Notes: generated by a model from the sequence alone, not told the origin. DNA of 63,582 nt, filler included, from Octopus bimaculoides (GCF_001194135.2; 6 parts of 6 records of this genome joined end to end with filler, not necessarily neighbours in it); one strand, 5' to 3'. Counted from the whole stretch's first letter, positions 1 to 14,049 are shown. Program-made: numbers and translations.

Positions 1-318
1 AACATTAATTACGATAAATGTGAACAAACAAAGCTTGCTTTTAGAAGAGCTGAGATGTATTGAAAGATACAGATAAAGAAATAAGTTGTTTCCATTTATC
101 GTAACTTGAATTTATCATACACTGTCTTATAAAGTTAGATTTATAAGTCCAAAGATTGCGAGTTAATTATGGTAAATAACTTGACCGGTAATCACAGCGA
201 TGTGAGTTCGAGTCTCATGGTTGGCGCTGACAAATTTTTTCGCAAAATATGGCTATTTTATCCTGTTCCTGCTGTTCTCTGAGCATTATTCTGCGTTTGA
301 GAATAAATTATTTTCTTA

Positions 319-349
<31 letters not shown>

Positions 350-1115
350 ATTAAAACATTTGCATACGCGCATACATGCGAACACATATACATACACACG
401 CACAAAAACTTTATATATGACGAGTATTAAATAACCATTCAGTTTTCTTTCTAACCTCCGGTACGAAACCGAGTGATAAAATCGATTGAAATGGCTTTAT
501 AATACTGTAATTTTGTTTCGTTTGCTTTCATATTTCCTCAGTGACCCTATTCAGGTATTATAGTTTTAAGCTTTTAATTTTAGATTCACTGCTGTCTTCT
601 TAATTATTTATTTCATTTGATTGTAAATTATTTTTTGTGTTCTTACTCTCTAGCTATGAATATATGCAACTTCCTTTAACTCTGACCTATATAACCGATT
701 CTTTGTACCAAGAATATAAATGAATCCTTTACGCCCCATCAAACAAACTATTCTTTCCACACCTATATCGTACAGTATGCAGATGTATTCGAAATTCATT
801 ACAGAGACACACATGTTTTGTAGGTTTCAAACTTGCTTATTGTAGCAAAATATATTTTATGTTATTTGATGTACAGAACACTGAAAAACCAGTTGGATAC
901 TACAAGAATCAATTAGTGTTTTACCAAAAATATTTAACCCTAAATTAAGAACTGTACCGATTCAATGAATTGCATAGCTTCAAATTACATACATTAATTA
1001 ACGGTTTAATCTTTAATTAATTATATTTTAAGACTCACATATGCGCCCAATTAATACTTGGTAAACTAATAGAAGCATGTTATAACCTATTTACGTCTAT
1101 TATTTAATGTTCCTG

Positions 1116-1905
1116 TCATGAATAATTAATAATTGTACTAAAAGATTCTTTATACATATACAGGTCATTTATGTAAATTATAAAAGGGGAGCGGGCCCAA
1201 GACAGTCCCCTGAGGGACACCATTGGTGACTTTTTCTGGGCTTGAGTGGACTCCATCGACCACAACTTCTTGTGTTCTATACTCCAGGAAATACTTAATC
1301 CAGTGTAGAAGTTTTCCACGGATTCCAACATTTGCCAATTTTGAGAGTAAGATATTATGGTCAACCCTGTCGAACGCTTTACTGAAGGCTTTAAGTATAT
1401 CTTCAATGTGGTGTAAGAGCTGTGTTAGACAGTCCCTGCCACAGCGAAAGCCATGCTGGTTTGCATTTAGGAGTTTGTGGGTCTCCAAGAAGTCAGCTAT
1501 CCTTGATCTTACCACCCTTTCAAACACTTTAATGATGTGGGAGGTGAGTGAGCTTGGGCGATAGTTGACTGCGAGTGATCTGTTTCCCTGTTTGAAAACC
1601 GGGATGACAGACTGGGATAGGAGCTGTTTCGGTATATACTTGAGTCTAAAGAATTTCTCCAGAGGTTGGTCAGTGGGACTGCAAGTTGGTGTCTATATTC
1701 CTTCAGGAGACTTGCGGGGAATCTATCCGGGCCTACAGCAGAATAGTATTTGACCTCATTTATTGCTGCTATGATGTCTGAAGCAGTGAAGGTTATGTCC
1801 GAGATTTTATGTTGGGAATCAACTTCGTTCGTTTCTCTTACGTCAATATCAAAGGGATCACTAAAGACAGAGCGGTATTGTTTCTGCAGTATTTCTGTCA
1901 TTTCT
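1116..1905 (-). mobile_element. Decayed non-LTR retrotransposon RT fragment (CR1/L2/Jockey group)
   Basis: Minus-strand ORFs carry the motifs NQHGFRxGRxCLTQLL, FSKAFDRVDH, RTQxVVVDG and GVPQGTVLGPL, plus upstream GPDxFP. Frameshifted, with an internal deletion. Confidence 0.9.
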
Positions 1906-1931
1906 TTAGCATCGTGTTGGAGAATGCCGTT

Positions 1932-2052
<121 letters not shown>

Positions 2053-2977
2053 AATTAAACAATAGGGTAAAAAATTGGATATTAATTCATATCAATTTAA
2101 TACCAGAGAACAAGTACATTAAAGGAATCAGGGAGATTCAGAAAAGATATCTGAGATCTCAAAGGATTATTGTATATGTAAATATAAAAATATATATAAA
2201 GGAGGCCACTAGGTGGACTGCTAATGTGCTAGAAGAAGATCACATGTCATGTGTCTACTAAGACCGAATCACATGTCATGTGTCTACTAAGACCGAATAA
2301 TTCTCAAAGGGAATTTTCTGCTTTTGAATCTTACCATAAATATAATTATATATACACATATATATATAATTTCAATCCCATGACCGGAAATATAGCAAAC
2401 ACAGCAATTATAAAACCTGATCTGTCATAATGTTCAATACACATTCTGATTTGTTGTAAATACTATGATGCTTAAGAAAAACTTACCTCACCCATCTGTT
2501 TACTACCTACATTTTGCAGCCTCAGCACTTTATCGTACATCAAACCGAGACAGCTATTTCGAACACGATGTCCTAAAAAAAAAAATTAACAAAAGCTCTA
2601 GTCATTTTCATTACAACTCACTATAGAATAAACATGTTTGAAGTGGGAAAATGTTATTGGCATTTCTAACTGATTACTATCGATTTCTGGCACTCTAAGA
2701 GAATTTCAAGATTTCCCTGGGGCAGAAGATACCGAAGTGGTTTTCCATCCATAGCCTACTAAATCTGATGGAGAACTTGAATTTGGAAAGGTAACCCAAC
2801 AAGAACTCGCTAAATATATAATACTCTAGTTGCTCGTACAAGCACCCCCCACACACATTTATATATATACATGTATATATAAGCCACACAGACACACAAA
2901 CACACACACACACACACTTGTATGTACATATATGCATATATATGTATATGCATCTCATATATGTATATGTACACACA

Positions 2978-3014
<37 letters not shown>

Positions 3015-3016
<2 letters not shown>

Positions 3017-3190
3017 AGGCGCGTGGCCTAGTGGTTAAGTGTATTGCCCTCACGATCGTGAGATCATGGTTTCGATTTCGAAACCGGCTGGATGTAGTAC
3101 TCTTGAGCAAAATACTTTCTTTCAAGTTGCTTCAGTTCACTTAGATGTAAATGGGTAACTCTGCGACGGACTAGTCTTCTGACCAGGGAG
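3015..3190 (+). mobile_element. tRNA-derived SINE fragment with CORE-like body
   Basis: A box TGGCCTAGTGG, B-box-like GGTTTCGATTTC, then CTCTTGAGCAAAATACTT...TGTAAATGGG, which resembles the CORE domain. Confidence 0.6.
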
Positions 3191-3419
3191 AGTATTACCC
3201 TTTCATCCAAAAGCTAAAAGGATATATAAAATCCAATAATCTGGTCGATCACACGATACATACATGCATACATGCATGCATACATACATACATACCTACG
3301 TACGTACCTACGTACGTACGTACGTATGTATGTATATATGTATCGCATGTTTGTATGTTATTGAAGAAGTTATTGCTCCTGCGTTACATTCAAGACATAC
3401 AACATCGCTGGTGAAACTC

Positions 3420-3660
3420 TTGCAATTGTGAAATCTGCAGTTACTCTATCCAGATTACAAGTTCAGGTTTATACCTGTAATCATTGGGGCCCTGGGATAT
3501 GTAACGCACTGCCTAAGTACCAATCTTGAGAAATTAAGCTTCTCAAAACCAGAAAGGAGAAAGCTAATTCAAAGATTACAGATCCAATCCATCACTGAAC
3601 TGTAAAATCTGTAAAATTTACCAGAAGTTTATCATTTAAATATATATGAGCATGTCTAGA
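3420..3660 (+). mobile_element. 3' fragment of an RLE-type non-LTR retrotransposon
   Basis: Manual translation LQLLYPDYKFRFIPVIIGALGYVTHCL...LIQRLQIQSIT matches the IPVxIGALG C-terminus of RLE elements. Flanked on both sides by (TACA)-type microsatellite. Confidence 0.7.
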
Positions 3661-3762
3661 TATGCAACTATACGCATGAGAATACATACATAAAGCAAAA
3701 CATACAAATCTGCACACACACATACATACATATATACACACACACATACATACATACATACA

Positions 3763-3796
<34 letters not shown>

Positions 3797-3914
3797 CGTA
3801 CGTACATACAAAAATATCCTGTTGTTGATGTTGAAATTCCAATGAAGCCTTCAATCTAAGTTAGATACCAGCTCTTTCTCTATTGGCAAGAAATTTTGAA
3901 ATAAAACTGGACAA

Positions 3915-3991
<77 letters not shown>

Positions 3992-4524
3992 CACACATGC
4001 GGCACGATGGCGGTAACTTAACTGAGTCGGTAGAGCGCTGGTCAACATTTTTTGTGGCATTTAATTACGGCTAATTACATTCTGAGTTCAAATCCTATCG
4101 ATATTGATTTTACGTTTCATCCCTACAGAGGAGATAAAATAAAGCACCAATCAAAGACTGGATACAATCGACTGTGCCCATCCCACGACACTCCCGTTAT
4201 GTATGTGGTTTTGCACTTATATGAGAAAACAATATTTAGGTGAGAGAAAGGGTAGTGGATTAGCAGACTTGGGATGTCCTCGGACAAAAAGTTTTACGGT
4301 CTCTTTACATTTTGAATTTAGCTTCCAGGAAGGTTTTGTCTTTGTTTTACAACATTCTGCGGATGGAAAGGGGACGATAAATTAATGTATCTAATGTAGT
4401 GGTGCCGATTAAGTGAAGTTTAGTCTTCTCTCAAATTGTACGACTCTGTCTCAATGGAAGACAGGATTATTTACCGTTCACAGTAAATAATTATCCCCGT
4501 TTTCAACATTTTAGTTTACTTTAA

Positions 4525-4735
4525 GATGGTGAGGTAGCAAAACCGTTAGCGCGCTGGGCGAAATGCTTAGCAGCATTTCGTCCGTCATTATGTTTTGAGT
4601 TCAAATTCCACCGAAGCCAACTTTTTCTTTCATCCCTTCGAGGTCGATAAAATGAGTACCAGTTAAACACTGGGGTTGATGCAATCAACTTATCCACTCT
4701 CCCGAAATTGCCTTAATTTGATACCAATATTTTAG
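4525..4735 (+). mobile_element. SINE family A copy (tRNA-derived, ~200 bp)
   Basis: Head GTAGCAAAACCGTTAGC...GAGTTCAAATTCC (A/B boxes). Body CTTTCATCCCTTCGAGGTCGATAAAATGAGTACCAG recurs at many places in the window. Confidence 0.8.
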
Positions 4736-5876
4736 TTTACTTAACAGCTAATGCAATTGTAAAATATTGACGTCACAACTTATTAGATCATTATCAATTT
4801 TCTTAAATATTTCGCTTCATGCTTTCCTAATAGAAAACAAACATCACTAAAACCGAAAGGCACTTACCAGTAACAAAGTTGGTGCACCATATGAATGAAT
4901 AAGTAAAATTTCGAACAAAGTGGCATACTGTTAATGCTGTCGCTAGAATGAGTCCTGTGGTTAAAGTTTGGTCAGGTGTCTCTAGATATTGAACGAAGAG
5001 TCTTATAAGGAAGCTCTACAAATAAAACGTGAAAAAATAAGATGTTTTTAAAGAAATTTGAAACTTTTCAAAGTATTAATGAATTTTGTGTTTTGTTTGT
5101 GCTTTTTATTTTTCTTTACTAGTTTCAGTTCAAGACCTACGTCCATGCTGGGGCACCGCCGTTAGCTTTGCTACACTTTTACTACTTGAAATCTCTTCTG
5201 ATATGTGGCATTTGGTGAATGAGAGAGTTTGATGTTGCTGCGTTTCTTGCTGCGAAGTAGGTTCATCCGGAACTCTTGATAGGAGGAGACCCAGTTTTAT
5301 TTTGAACATAAATACAGCCGACCTATATTGATCTCTCAGGCTTTTTGGAAGGATATTGAAGAGCTGTGGGTCCTCTTGGAACCCAGGCTGTTGCAGTATC
5401 TGGTCCTAAAATGACAAGGTGATCCTGGTAGAATGAATTTAGTCAATAATTTTGCTCGTTCAGTTATTTGATCTGATTTAAGATATAAGTAACAACAACA
5501 ACTACAACTACAACAGCAGCAGTGGTAGCAGTAACAGCGGCAGCAACAGCAGCAACAGCAGCAGCGGCAACAACAAGAGTAACAACAAGAGCAGCAACAA
5601 AACATCGATTGTTAAAATGTTTCACTTACGGCTGCGAGAAACGATATAATTGCATTGAAGCAAATGAATATTATTGACATAATGATTCGGGTTCGGGCAA
5701 AACGCATGACTGCTTTGCTAAACGAAGCATTTTCTGGTCCCTTTTTCGAAACTTCTTGAAACCAGATTTGTTTCAGCCTAAAAGAAAAAAGGAAACAAAA
5801 AGTAAAGTAGAAAGAAATAAAAAGATAAATTTGTTTCTAGTGCTTCAGTAAAACGTACGACAAAAGAGGGAAGAGA

Positions 5877-5877
<1 letters not shown>

Positions 5878-5970
<93 letters not shown>
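5878..5970. repeat. (GA)n microsatellite
   Basis: Directly visible. Confidence 0.95.
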
Positions 5971-5974
<4 letters not shown>

Positions 5975-7088
5975 ATCAGATGAGAGACGGAAAGAGAGCT
6001 CAGATTTCCCCTTCTCTTATCCTATCATACGTTAGAGTATGAACTCTCTGAATATCGACTTATTTATGAAGAATTGACTGGACTCTCCTCTTTCTTATCT
6101 GTGATATTAGAGTACTAGAGTAGCCTAGTACTAGAATCTTCAATAATGACGGAGTTATTGTTGAAAAAGTTGAAATATTTATCACTCCCAAAATACAAGT
6201 ATGATTCAAGGAGCAACTAACACATCTTGGCCTTCTGTATTTTCAGTCTGTAATTTCAAAGTATTCCTAACCCTGATCCTAACACAGATCAGGTCATTTC
6301 ACAGCGTGGACTACAAATACTGCGGTAGATTTCACGCTAAAGGAGTATGACTGTTGCGATGGCAGGCGAATCAACTAAATTTACGAACATTAAAGCATTA
6401 TGAGACAATTAAGGTTGCAGAGTGAACTTGCAAATGCAAAAAATAAACAAAATTCCAGCAAGTGGAGACCTTGTCTGAACATTCGGAGAGAAAGTTTTTT
6501 TTATTGGTCTTAGTGGAAAAGAAATCAAATCAAATTTTAGTGTCATTATTCTATAGTATAGCAACGACATACCACAAAAGAACTGTTCAGGCTACAATAA
6601 TGATGAAGAAATCCTTATAAATATTCAGTCTTCAGAAAGCAGAAAGAGCTTTCAGATAAAAGAACATAACAAACAGAACAACTAAGTAGAGATGCTGCTG
6701 CTGTAAGAACGTAGAAAAACTGTTGGTTAATTTAGAAGACTTCAAACTGTTTCATTAAACATTATGAGGCAACTACAAAAAATAAACAGAATGACTCTAG
6801 CTCTTGTCGAATGGTTTAGAAAGTATATCTTATAAAGAGGAACAAATTCAACAGCTTCAAACGCTGAAGTGTTACTAAAAAATAAGTATATACACAAAGA
6901 CACAGGGCGTATTATATATTTCGAAGAACTTGCCTGATGTCTATCTATATATACAGAACTACTATGAACTTCTATCATCCTGTTTTTTTTCCTGTTTTTC
7001 TTAATTATAATTATAATTATACTTCTGTATAACCAATTTATAAATGATTGTTGCCATTAACAAGTACTTGCCCATCTTTTAATATATA

Positions 7089-7407
7089 GGCGTAGGAGTG
7101 GCTGTGTGGTAAGTAACTTGCTTACCAACCACATGGTCCCGGGTTCAGTCCCACTGCGTGGCATCTTGGGCAAGTGTCTTCTACTATAGCTTCGGGCCGA
7201 CCAAAGCCTTGTGAGTGGATTTGGTAGACGGAAACTGAAAGAAGCCCGTCGTATATATGTATATGTATATATATATGTATGTGTGTATGTGTTTGTATGT
7301 CTGTGTTTGTCCCCCCCAACATCGCTTGACAACCGATGCTGGTGTGTTTATGTCCCCGTAACTTAGCGGTTCGGCAAAAGAGACCGATAGAATAAGTACT
7401 AGGCTTC
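7089..7407 (+). mobile_element. SINE family B (tRNA-derived, CORE-like, internal TA/TG microsatellite), truncated by gap
   Basis: Head GGCGTAGGAGTGGCTGTGTGG...GGGTTCAGTCCC, then CTTGGGCAAGTGTC. Near-identical inverted copy at 59185-59594. Confidence 0.85.
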
Positions 7408-7881
7408 NNNNNNNNNNNNNNNNNNNNNNNNNNNNNNNNNNNNNNNNNNNNNNNNNNNNNNNNNNNNNNNNNNNNNNNNNNNNNNNNNNNNNNNNNNNNN
7501 NNNNNNNNNNNNNNNNNNNNNNNNNNNNNNNNNNNNNNNNNNNNNNNNNNNNNNNNNNNNNNNNNNNNNNNNNNNNNNNNNNNNNNNNNNNNNNNNNNNN
7601 NNNNNNNNNNNNNNNNNNNNNNNNNNNNNNNNNNNNNNNNNNNNNNNNNNNNNNNNNNNNNNNNNNNNNNNNNNNNNNNNNNNNNNNNNNNNNNNNNNNN
7701 NNNNNNNNNNNNNNNNNNNNNNNNNNNNNNNNNNNNNNNNNNNNNNNNNNNNNNNNNNNNNNNNNNNNNNNNNNNNNNNNNNNNNNNNNNNNNNNNNNNN
7801 NNNNNNNNNNNNNNNNNNNNNNNNNNNNNNNNNNNNNNNNNNNNNNNNNNNNNNNNNNNNNNNNNNNNNNNNNNNNNNNNN

Positions 7882-7927
<46 letters not shown>

Positions 7928-8489
7928 GCGTATATACAACCATCCTAAGCTCTACTGCATAATGAATTTCAACATTTGATACCTTGGAATTGTTTTTTCA
8001 CAGCTATCTTCTTTACCGCACATCAATATACTGGCCATTTCTCCTTTCTTTTGCATGCGAAAGAATTCGAAAAGCTTCCTTGTAAACCATGTGATATAGG
8101 CAAATGAAAACAATCCTACTTTATGTGTTGGTATGATACCCTCGCTGAAAAAGAAATCAATGAAGTACAGTTACTGTCAAACATTAGAGATGTCAAGTCT
8201 GGGCCAACTAATCACAACCAATTAGGGAACCGTTTTGTGGTCGCTCGACCTTCAAATCTTACTAAAGTTTACAAACCTCTGTTTTAGGAAAAGGAAGGCT
8301 ACGCTAGATAATGCGATCTTAACACTGCACCTGACAAAGAAAAGTGATGAGATTGTTTTTGAAGAAAAAGTAAACTTGATGAAAATTGACCCGAGATTAA
8401 TTAGCAAAAACAGCAGCATTAGTGATAATTTTAGGTTCTGCTGATTCAGTTTTATGTTGGATACCTTTAGTACAGCCTACTCTCTTGCA

Positions 8490-8880
8490 GTGGTGGCGCA
8501 ATGGCCCAGTGGTTAGGGCAGCAGACTCGCGGTCATAGGATCGCGGTTTCGATTCCCAGACCGGGCATTGTGAGTGTTTATTGAGCAAAAACACCTAAAG
8601 CTCCACGAGACTCCGACAGGGGATGGTGGCGAACCCTGCTGTACTCTTTCACCACAACTTTCTCTCACTCTTACTTCCTGTTTCTGTTGTGCCTGTAATT
8701 CAAAGGGTCAGCCTTGTCACACTGTGTCACGCTGAATATCCCTGAGAACTACGTTAAGAGTACACGTGTCTGTGGAATGCTCAGCCAATTGCACGTTAAT
8801 TTCACGAGCAGGCTGTTCCGTTGATCAGATCAACTGGAACCCTCGACTTCGTAAGCGACGGAGTGCCAACAACAACAACA
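8490..8880 (+). mobile_element. Full-length SINE family C with (CAA)n tail and 11-bp TSD
   Basis: tRNA-like head GGCGCAATGGCCCAGTGG...GGTTTCGATTCCC and a CAACAACAACA tail. Flanking direct repeat ACTCTCTTGCA at 8479-8489 and 8881-8891. Further copies at 60116-60477 and 56855-57038. Confidence 0.9.
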
Positions 8881-9639
8881 ACTCTCTTGCAAGTATACGT
8901 TTCAAATAGCTGAATAATTTTCTTCTGTGCCTCCGCAGTTCCCAGAAGCTCTGGAATGATCCCTTGACTAAATCAAGTAAAATAAATCAAATTTAAATTT
9001 CTTCGACTTATTTCTTTTCATTTTTTATCAAGTATCGATTTCGTTTTTGAATTTTTTTTTGAAATTGAAATGTTTAGTTTATACTTATTTTGCACTATTG
9101 TTATAAAAAATGTCCACCTTATGGAAAAGTAATCGAATGTAATAATTCCTGCTTATGCATTTTAACTTTTGTTATACTTCTGTCAACTTGCATTAATCAT
9201 ATTGACAGTCGCGTCACATATTCAATTAATTATAGCATATGTGTGGTACTCTTCTGTTATGTGTTTGAACCTAAATCTAATGTGATTACTAATACTTACG
9301 GTCTGCAAGCTCTTCTCCATCTCGAATTTCATCCAATTCTTTTGGTTTCTTGCCAAAAAAATTTATTATTTTCAGCAATCATATTCCTTAACGTAAGCAA
9401 CACTTCTGCAGCGAAAGGTCTCCCATTTTGTGCCACTTCGCTTGCAGCTCGAGAAGACTCCTCAAATATTCCTTTCTGCATCCTGCCAGTCTCACTAACA
9501 CATTCACATACTTGTGAAGTGCGAAAGTATATCCCGGTTGTTTCAAAACCAATGAAATCTTTGCCTCATTGCCTCAGCTTTACTTCCTTTGTGTGTTGCA
9601 GTTAGCCCCTTAATCTAGACAAATACTTTAATCTCTATT

Positions 9640-10590
9640 TTCTACAGGAATTTATCCTAATCTTCGGTATATACCACACAGGTGTGTCCGTTCTACAAAG
9701 TAACCTTTCTGAACGTGCCAATTATCGACATGTCTCTCCATCACTTATAAAACACCGTAAGTAATTGAAACAGTCAATAACAATCACCGTTTCCAACATC
9801 TTGAATTTCTATTTCTCTTCCTCACTCCGCACTCCTCCTCCTCCTCCTCNNNNNNNNNNNNNNNNNNNNNNNNNNNNNNNNNNNNNNNNNNNNNNNNNNN
9901 NNNNNNNNNNNNNNNNNNNNNNNNNNNNNNNNNNNNNNNNNNNNNNNNNNNNNNNNNNNNNNNNNNNNNNNNNNNNNNNNNNNNNNNNNNNNNNNNNNNN
10001 NNNNNNNNNNNNNNNNNNNNNNNNNNNNNNNNNNNNNNNNNNNNNNNNNNNNNNNNNNNNNNNNNNNNNNNNNNNNNNNNNNCTCCTCCTCCTCCCCTCC
10101 CCTCCTCCCCCTCTATTTCTGCTGCTCCTCCTCCTCCTCCTCTATTTCTGCTCCTCCTCCTCTATTTCTGCTCCTCCTCCTCTATTTCTGCTCCTCCTCC
10201 TCTATTTCTGCTCCTCCTTTTTCCTTCCCTTCCCTTTTCCTCCTGCCCGCCTTTTTCTCCATCACACTAAAAAACCATCGCTACGATTTTCAGTTAAATC
10301 TTCTGGAGAGCTGACCGCCTATGCAATTCATCAGGAGTCGCACATGCTTGATAAATTCGACGAAAGAATTTCTTCATTTGGTATCTGCAAAGCATTTGAC
10401 AGTATCTTCTCAGAAACTCTCAACAAATATAAGATTCATCTGTCTTCATACAATATCTTGCCCTGAAAGTTAGCTGTTAAATTTAGACTCACACTCTTAT
10501 CACAAATGGTGTCGTTACATGCAAGGGTCAATCTTGTCTCCAACGTTCTTCGTCCTGTGTATCAACGAGCTAATCATTGTAATTTCTAAC
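9640..10590 (+). mobile_element. Highly decayed CR1/Jockey-group RT fragment split by a CCT-rich microsatellite and a gap
   Basis: Left part reads GIYP...ANYRHVS...HLE. Right part reads ...LDK...GICKAFDS..., then an INEL-like stretch. The motif order is colinear with LINE RT. Confidence 0.5.
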
Positions 10591-11224
10591 AGTGCTTTCT
10601 CAAAGGGTGACTGGAACCTAACCTTGAGCTAAACAACAACAACAACACCAATAATGACAACAATAACAACATTGGTGACAAAAATTTATAAGGAACCTGA
10701 ACTTACACTTTTCCCGTCAAACGTATGGGAAGCATCATTTTCACAGCGCTTTTATACTTGGTAATTGAATCAACATGTCTGCTAGTTGGTGTTAAACTAT
10801 AGTTACCAGGAATAGGAGCCGCGTGGATGTTAAATCTGCAAATTTAATGATAACGAACAAGATTAAAACTTTGATTCAGATTCCAGGATACACGTGCATA
10901 AACGCAACACAGACTACAAGCATACAAACACGTACACACTCGCGTACATTCATGCACTCACGTGCACTCATGCTCTCACGCATGCATTCTGACGCGCACC
11001 TACGTATATTTACATGTATGCTGTGTTAGTAGATTAGCATGTCGATTGCGTGATGGATTGATAGTCGAAGTGTTTTACTCATAGTACATCAGCGCCAGAT
11101 CTTTTCTGACAAAAGTATTGCTTGACACAGGAAGAGCGAAAGGCAAAGTCAATCCCAGTGTGATTTCAAATCAGAACTTAAAAGGTCTTAACTAGAAACC
11201 ATTTCTGATTCTCTGCAACATTAA

Positions 11225-11254
11225 TGATGATGGTGATGATGATGGTGATGATGG

Positions 11255-11306
<52 letters not shown>

Positions 11307-11325
11307 AATGATGATAATGATGATA
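11225..11325. repeat. (ATG)n/(ATA)n microsatellite
   Basis: Directly visible. Confidence 0.9.
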
Positions 11326-12479
11326 ATTTCTTTAATTATCCTAACTCAGAATATTGAAGACAATATCAAAGGACGAAATACAACACATAAAAAGTAGGGG
11401 TGGGGTGGGGTTACATCGACTAAAAGAGAATCAATAACAATAAGCATACGGTATAAAAATAGAATTCAGAAAAATAAATAAATAAATAAATAAAATTCCA
11501 AATTGCGGGGCAGTCCGCCTAGTGTAATTGAAGGGAGACCCCACTCATTACTACCGTCTCCAAGGTATCGAAATACCCTTTCCCAGTTTCTTCTTACTTA
11601 GCAAAGCATACTCAGACTCACCAGTTGTGTCACTTTCATCTGCATTTCGCTAAACTCACTAGAAAGCAGCATGTCCTTCTCTACCCTCACCTTTTTCTTC
11701 AAGTTGCACTTGAAGAAAGTGATGACAGCTTTACCAGATACTAAGTGCATGTCTTCAAACCTTTCAAACGAGCCTAACGCAACCGCTTTCGCCACTGCCA
11801 CCGAGTAGGGAAAGATTTATCTTCCTTCCCAGCTGGTGCATCGGTCTTCATTACAAATTTGGCTGACAGCTGAATTCGTTCCACACATGACACCCCACAA
11901 GTCGCTCGTGTACATGCATAGGCATTGAATGATGGCGTGCATGGTGGTTTCTTTCTGCTGCATGCATCTCGTACAGGTTCTTCTGTTGACGCTGACAAGT
12001 CTGAAGCAAGTTTTGAATCAATGTAGCACTGCCGTGCCAAGGACTTTTGGCAATTTTCCATAGTCCCCCACCTGAAAGTCCTCCAGCAAAAACTATTCAG
12101 ACTGTTCTCATTGATGCTCAGGCCATTATTTCTCATATGATGAAGTAACCCACTGTAAAAACTTCGTATTGTTTTCTTGATAGCAGCTTTGCAAAAGGCT
12201 GGCAACAATCTAAATGCCAAACAACCAATTTTCCTTTATGCTTGATTTATGATAGCAGCTCGGTCAAGGAGACAAGCTGCGGAAAGATTTGTTGCGCGAA
12301 ACATGCTAACCTCTGTTCATCCTCGTTTTTGTCGTCGTTGTCGATACCATTGCAGTATTCCTGTTGATATTTCTACAGTCACGTCAGCCCCAGCGCAGCC
12401 TCAACTTCAGTGCACCATGAAGGACAGCACCTTGAGATCACCACGAAGTGGATGCTGACAGTAGACGGATATCCTGACC

Positions 12480-13573
12480 AGCGGTACGTGACTATTCCAT
12501 AAGAAACGGGAAAGGAAGCGCTCCAATCTGGTCTGTAAACCAAATGGAGGGAACCTGATCAGAGGCATCAACGCGTGGGTTGTAGCTATGATACTTTACT
12601 GCGCAGGAGTTGTGGAATAGACAGAGAAGAACTTGTCAACATGGATAGAAAAACTAGGAAAGTAATGGCTATGCATGAGTGTCTTCATACTAGAAGTAAC
12701 GTAGCAAGGCTGTACTTACCTAAGAAGAAAAGTGGAAGAGGACTGGTTGAGATGGAAGATAGTGTTCTGAAAGAGCTTAAGTTCTTGCATGACTATGTGA
12801 GGAATAGTGATGAAAGAATGCTGTAGACTGCACTGAGTGAAAAGGTGATCAATGACAATGATGAGACCCCAGGAGTGCAAAATTAGGACTAACAGAGAAA
12901 GGATAATGAACTGGAAAGAGAACGTCCCACACGGAGAGTTTACCCAACAATAAGCGGATGAAGCTGATGAAGAATCCTGGAGATGGTTAAAACATGTTTG
13001 TTTTTTTTAAAGAAGGAGGCAATGGATCATTCCATTGGAAGTTTTGTGGAAATTATCACCTAGAAAGATCAAAGACGTGGTATAGCCAAATTCCAGGAGT
13101 TACCGAGAAGCAGGAATTGCAAAAGCCTGTGAGATGCAAAGATTCAGTGTGACCGTCAGGTTAAACCCGAAAACCTGACATGGTTGTAGTGAACAGAAAA
13201 TTAAAAAAAAAACATGCCTGATAATTGACATAGCATGTCCAGGTGACAGCAAGACTGAAGAGAAATAAGATGAAAAAGTGAACGACTATGATGAATTGAA
13301 GTGGGAAATACGAATGTTGTGGGCAGCAGAAAATGGACGTAATGCCAATAGTTATTGGTGCACTTGGAAATATCAGTACTCAACCACCAACATGTTTCAA
13401 AAAGATTCGAACGGATGTAAAGAAAGAACACCTACAAAAGTCATCATTGACTGGAACTGCAAGAGTTCTCCCCAGGTATCTTGAATAAACAAGTGTCACC
13501 TTAGTATGCTGGCTGTGGGTAGCGGACACTTTTCATCAAACCCAGCAAAATAAATTGAGATTTTTCATGACAT

Positions 13574-13575
<2 letters not shown>
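12480..13575 (+). mobile_element. R4/Dong-like RLE LINE, 3' fragment with internal deletion
   Basis: MDRKTRK...LHxRSNVARLYLP..GRGL, then RLE region KPENL...CLIIDIACP..D.. and VxPIVIGALG-like C-terminus. Ends next to (AAC)n. Confidence 0.8.
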
Positions 13576-13617
<42 letters not shown>

Positions 13618-13698
13618 GTAGTCATGATAGGTAAATTGGGTTTCGTATATTTTGTCCAAGTGTCACTTTGATGGCCATCACTGCTCTCTAACTCACTC

Positions 13699-13767
<69 letters not shown>

Positions 13768-13769
13768 TT

Positions 13770-13980
13770 CTGCTATAGCCACAAGACCTGAAATGTGGTG
13801 GGAGAGGACTGCTCGATTGCGTCGACCCTAGTACTCAACCAACTGGTACTTAATTTATCGACCCCGAAAGGATGAAAGGCAAAGTCGACCTCGGCGGAAT
13901 TTGGACTCAGATTGTAGTGACGGGTGAAATGCCGCTAAGAATTTTGTCCGGTGCGCTAACGATTCTACCAGCTCACCGCC
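13770..13980 (-). mobile_element. SINE family A copy between two (AAT)n arrays
   Basis: Reverse complement gives GGCGGTGAGCTGGTAGAATCGTTAGC...GAGTCCAAATTCCGCCGAGGTCGAC; the tail abuts (ATT)n. Confidence 0.85.
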
Positions 13981-13982
13981 AA

Positions 13983-14038
<56 letters not shown>

Positions 14039-14049
14039 GAATAAGAATA

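Noticed and set aside
2225-2300. 29-bp tandem duplication ATCACATGTCATGTGTCTACTAAGACCGA preceded by CTAGAAGAAG, a possible hammerhead relic
   Set aside because: No CUGANGA, no GAAA core and no stem I/III; a short local duplication suffices.
2700-2830. Peptide EVVFHP*PT...ELAKYI reminiscent of the RING1 RAWUL domain
   Set aside because: Contains a stop, spacing is wrong and there are no splice signals; probably chance.
8490-8570. tRNA-like sequences (SINE heads at 3015, 7089, 8490, 60116 and family A)
   Set aside because: A/B boxes are present, but there is no complete cloverleaf or acceptor stem and they continue into SINE bodies; not tRNA genes.
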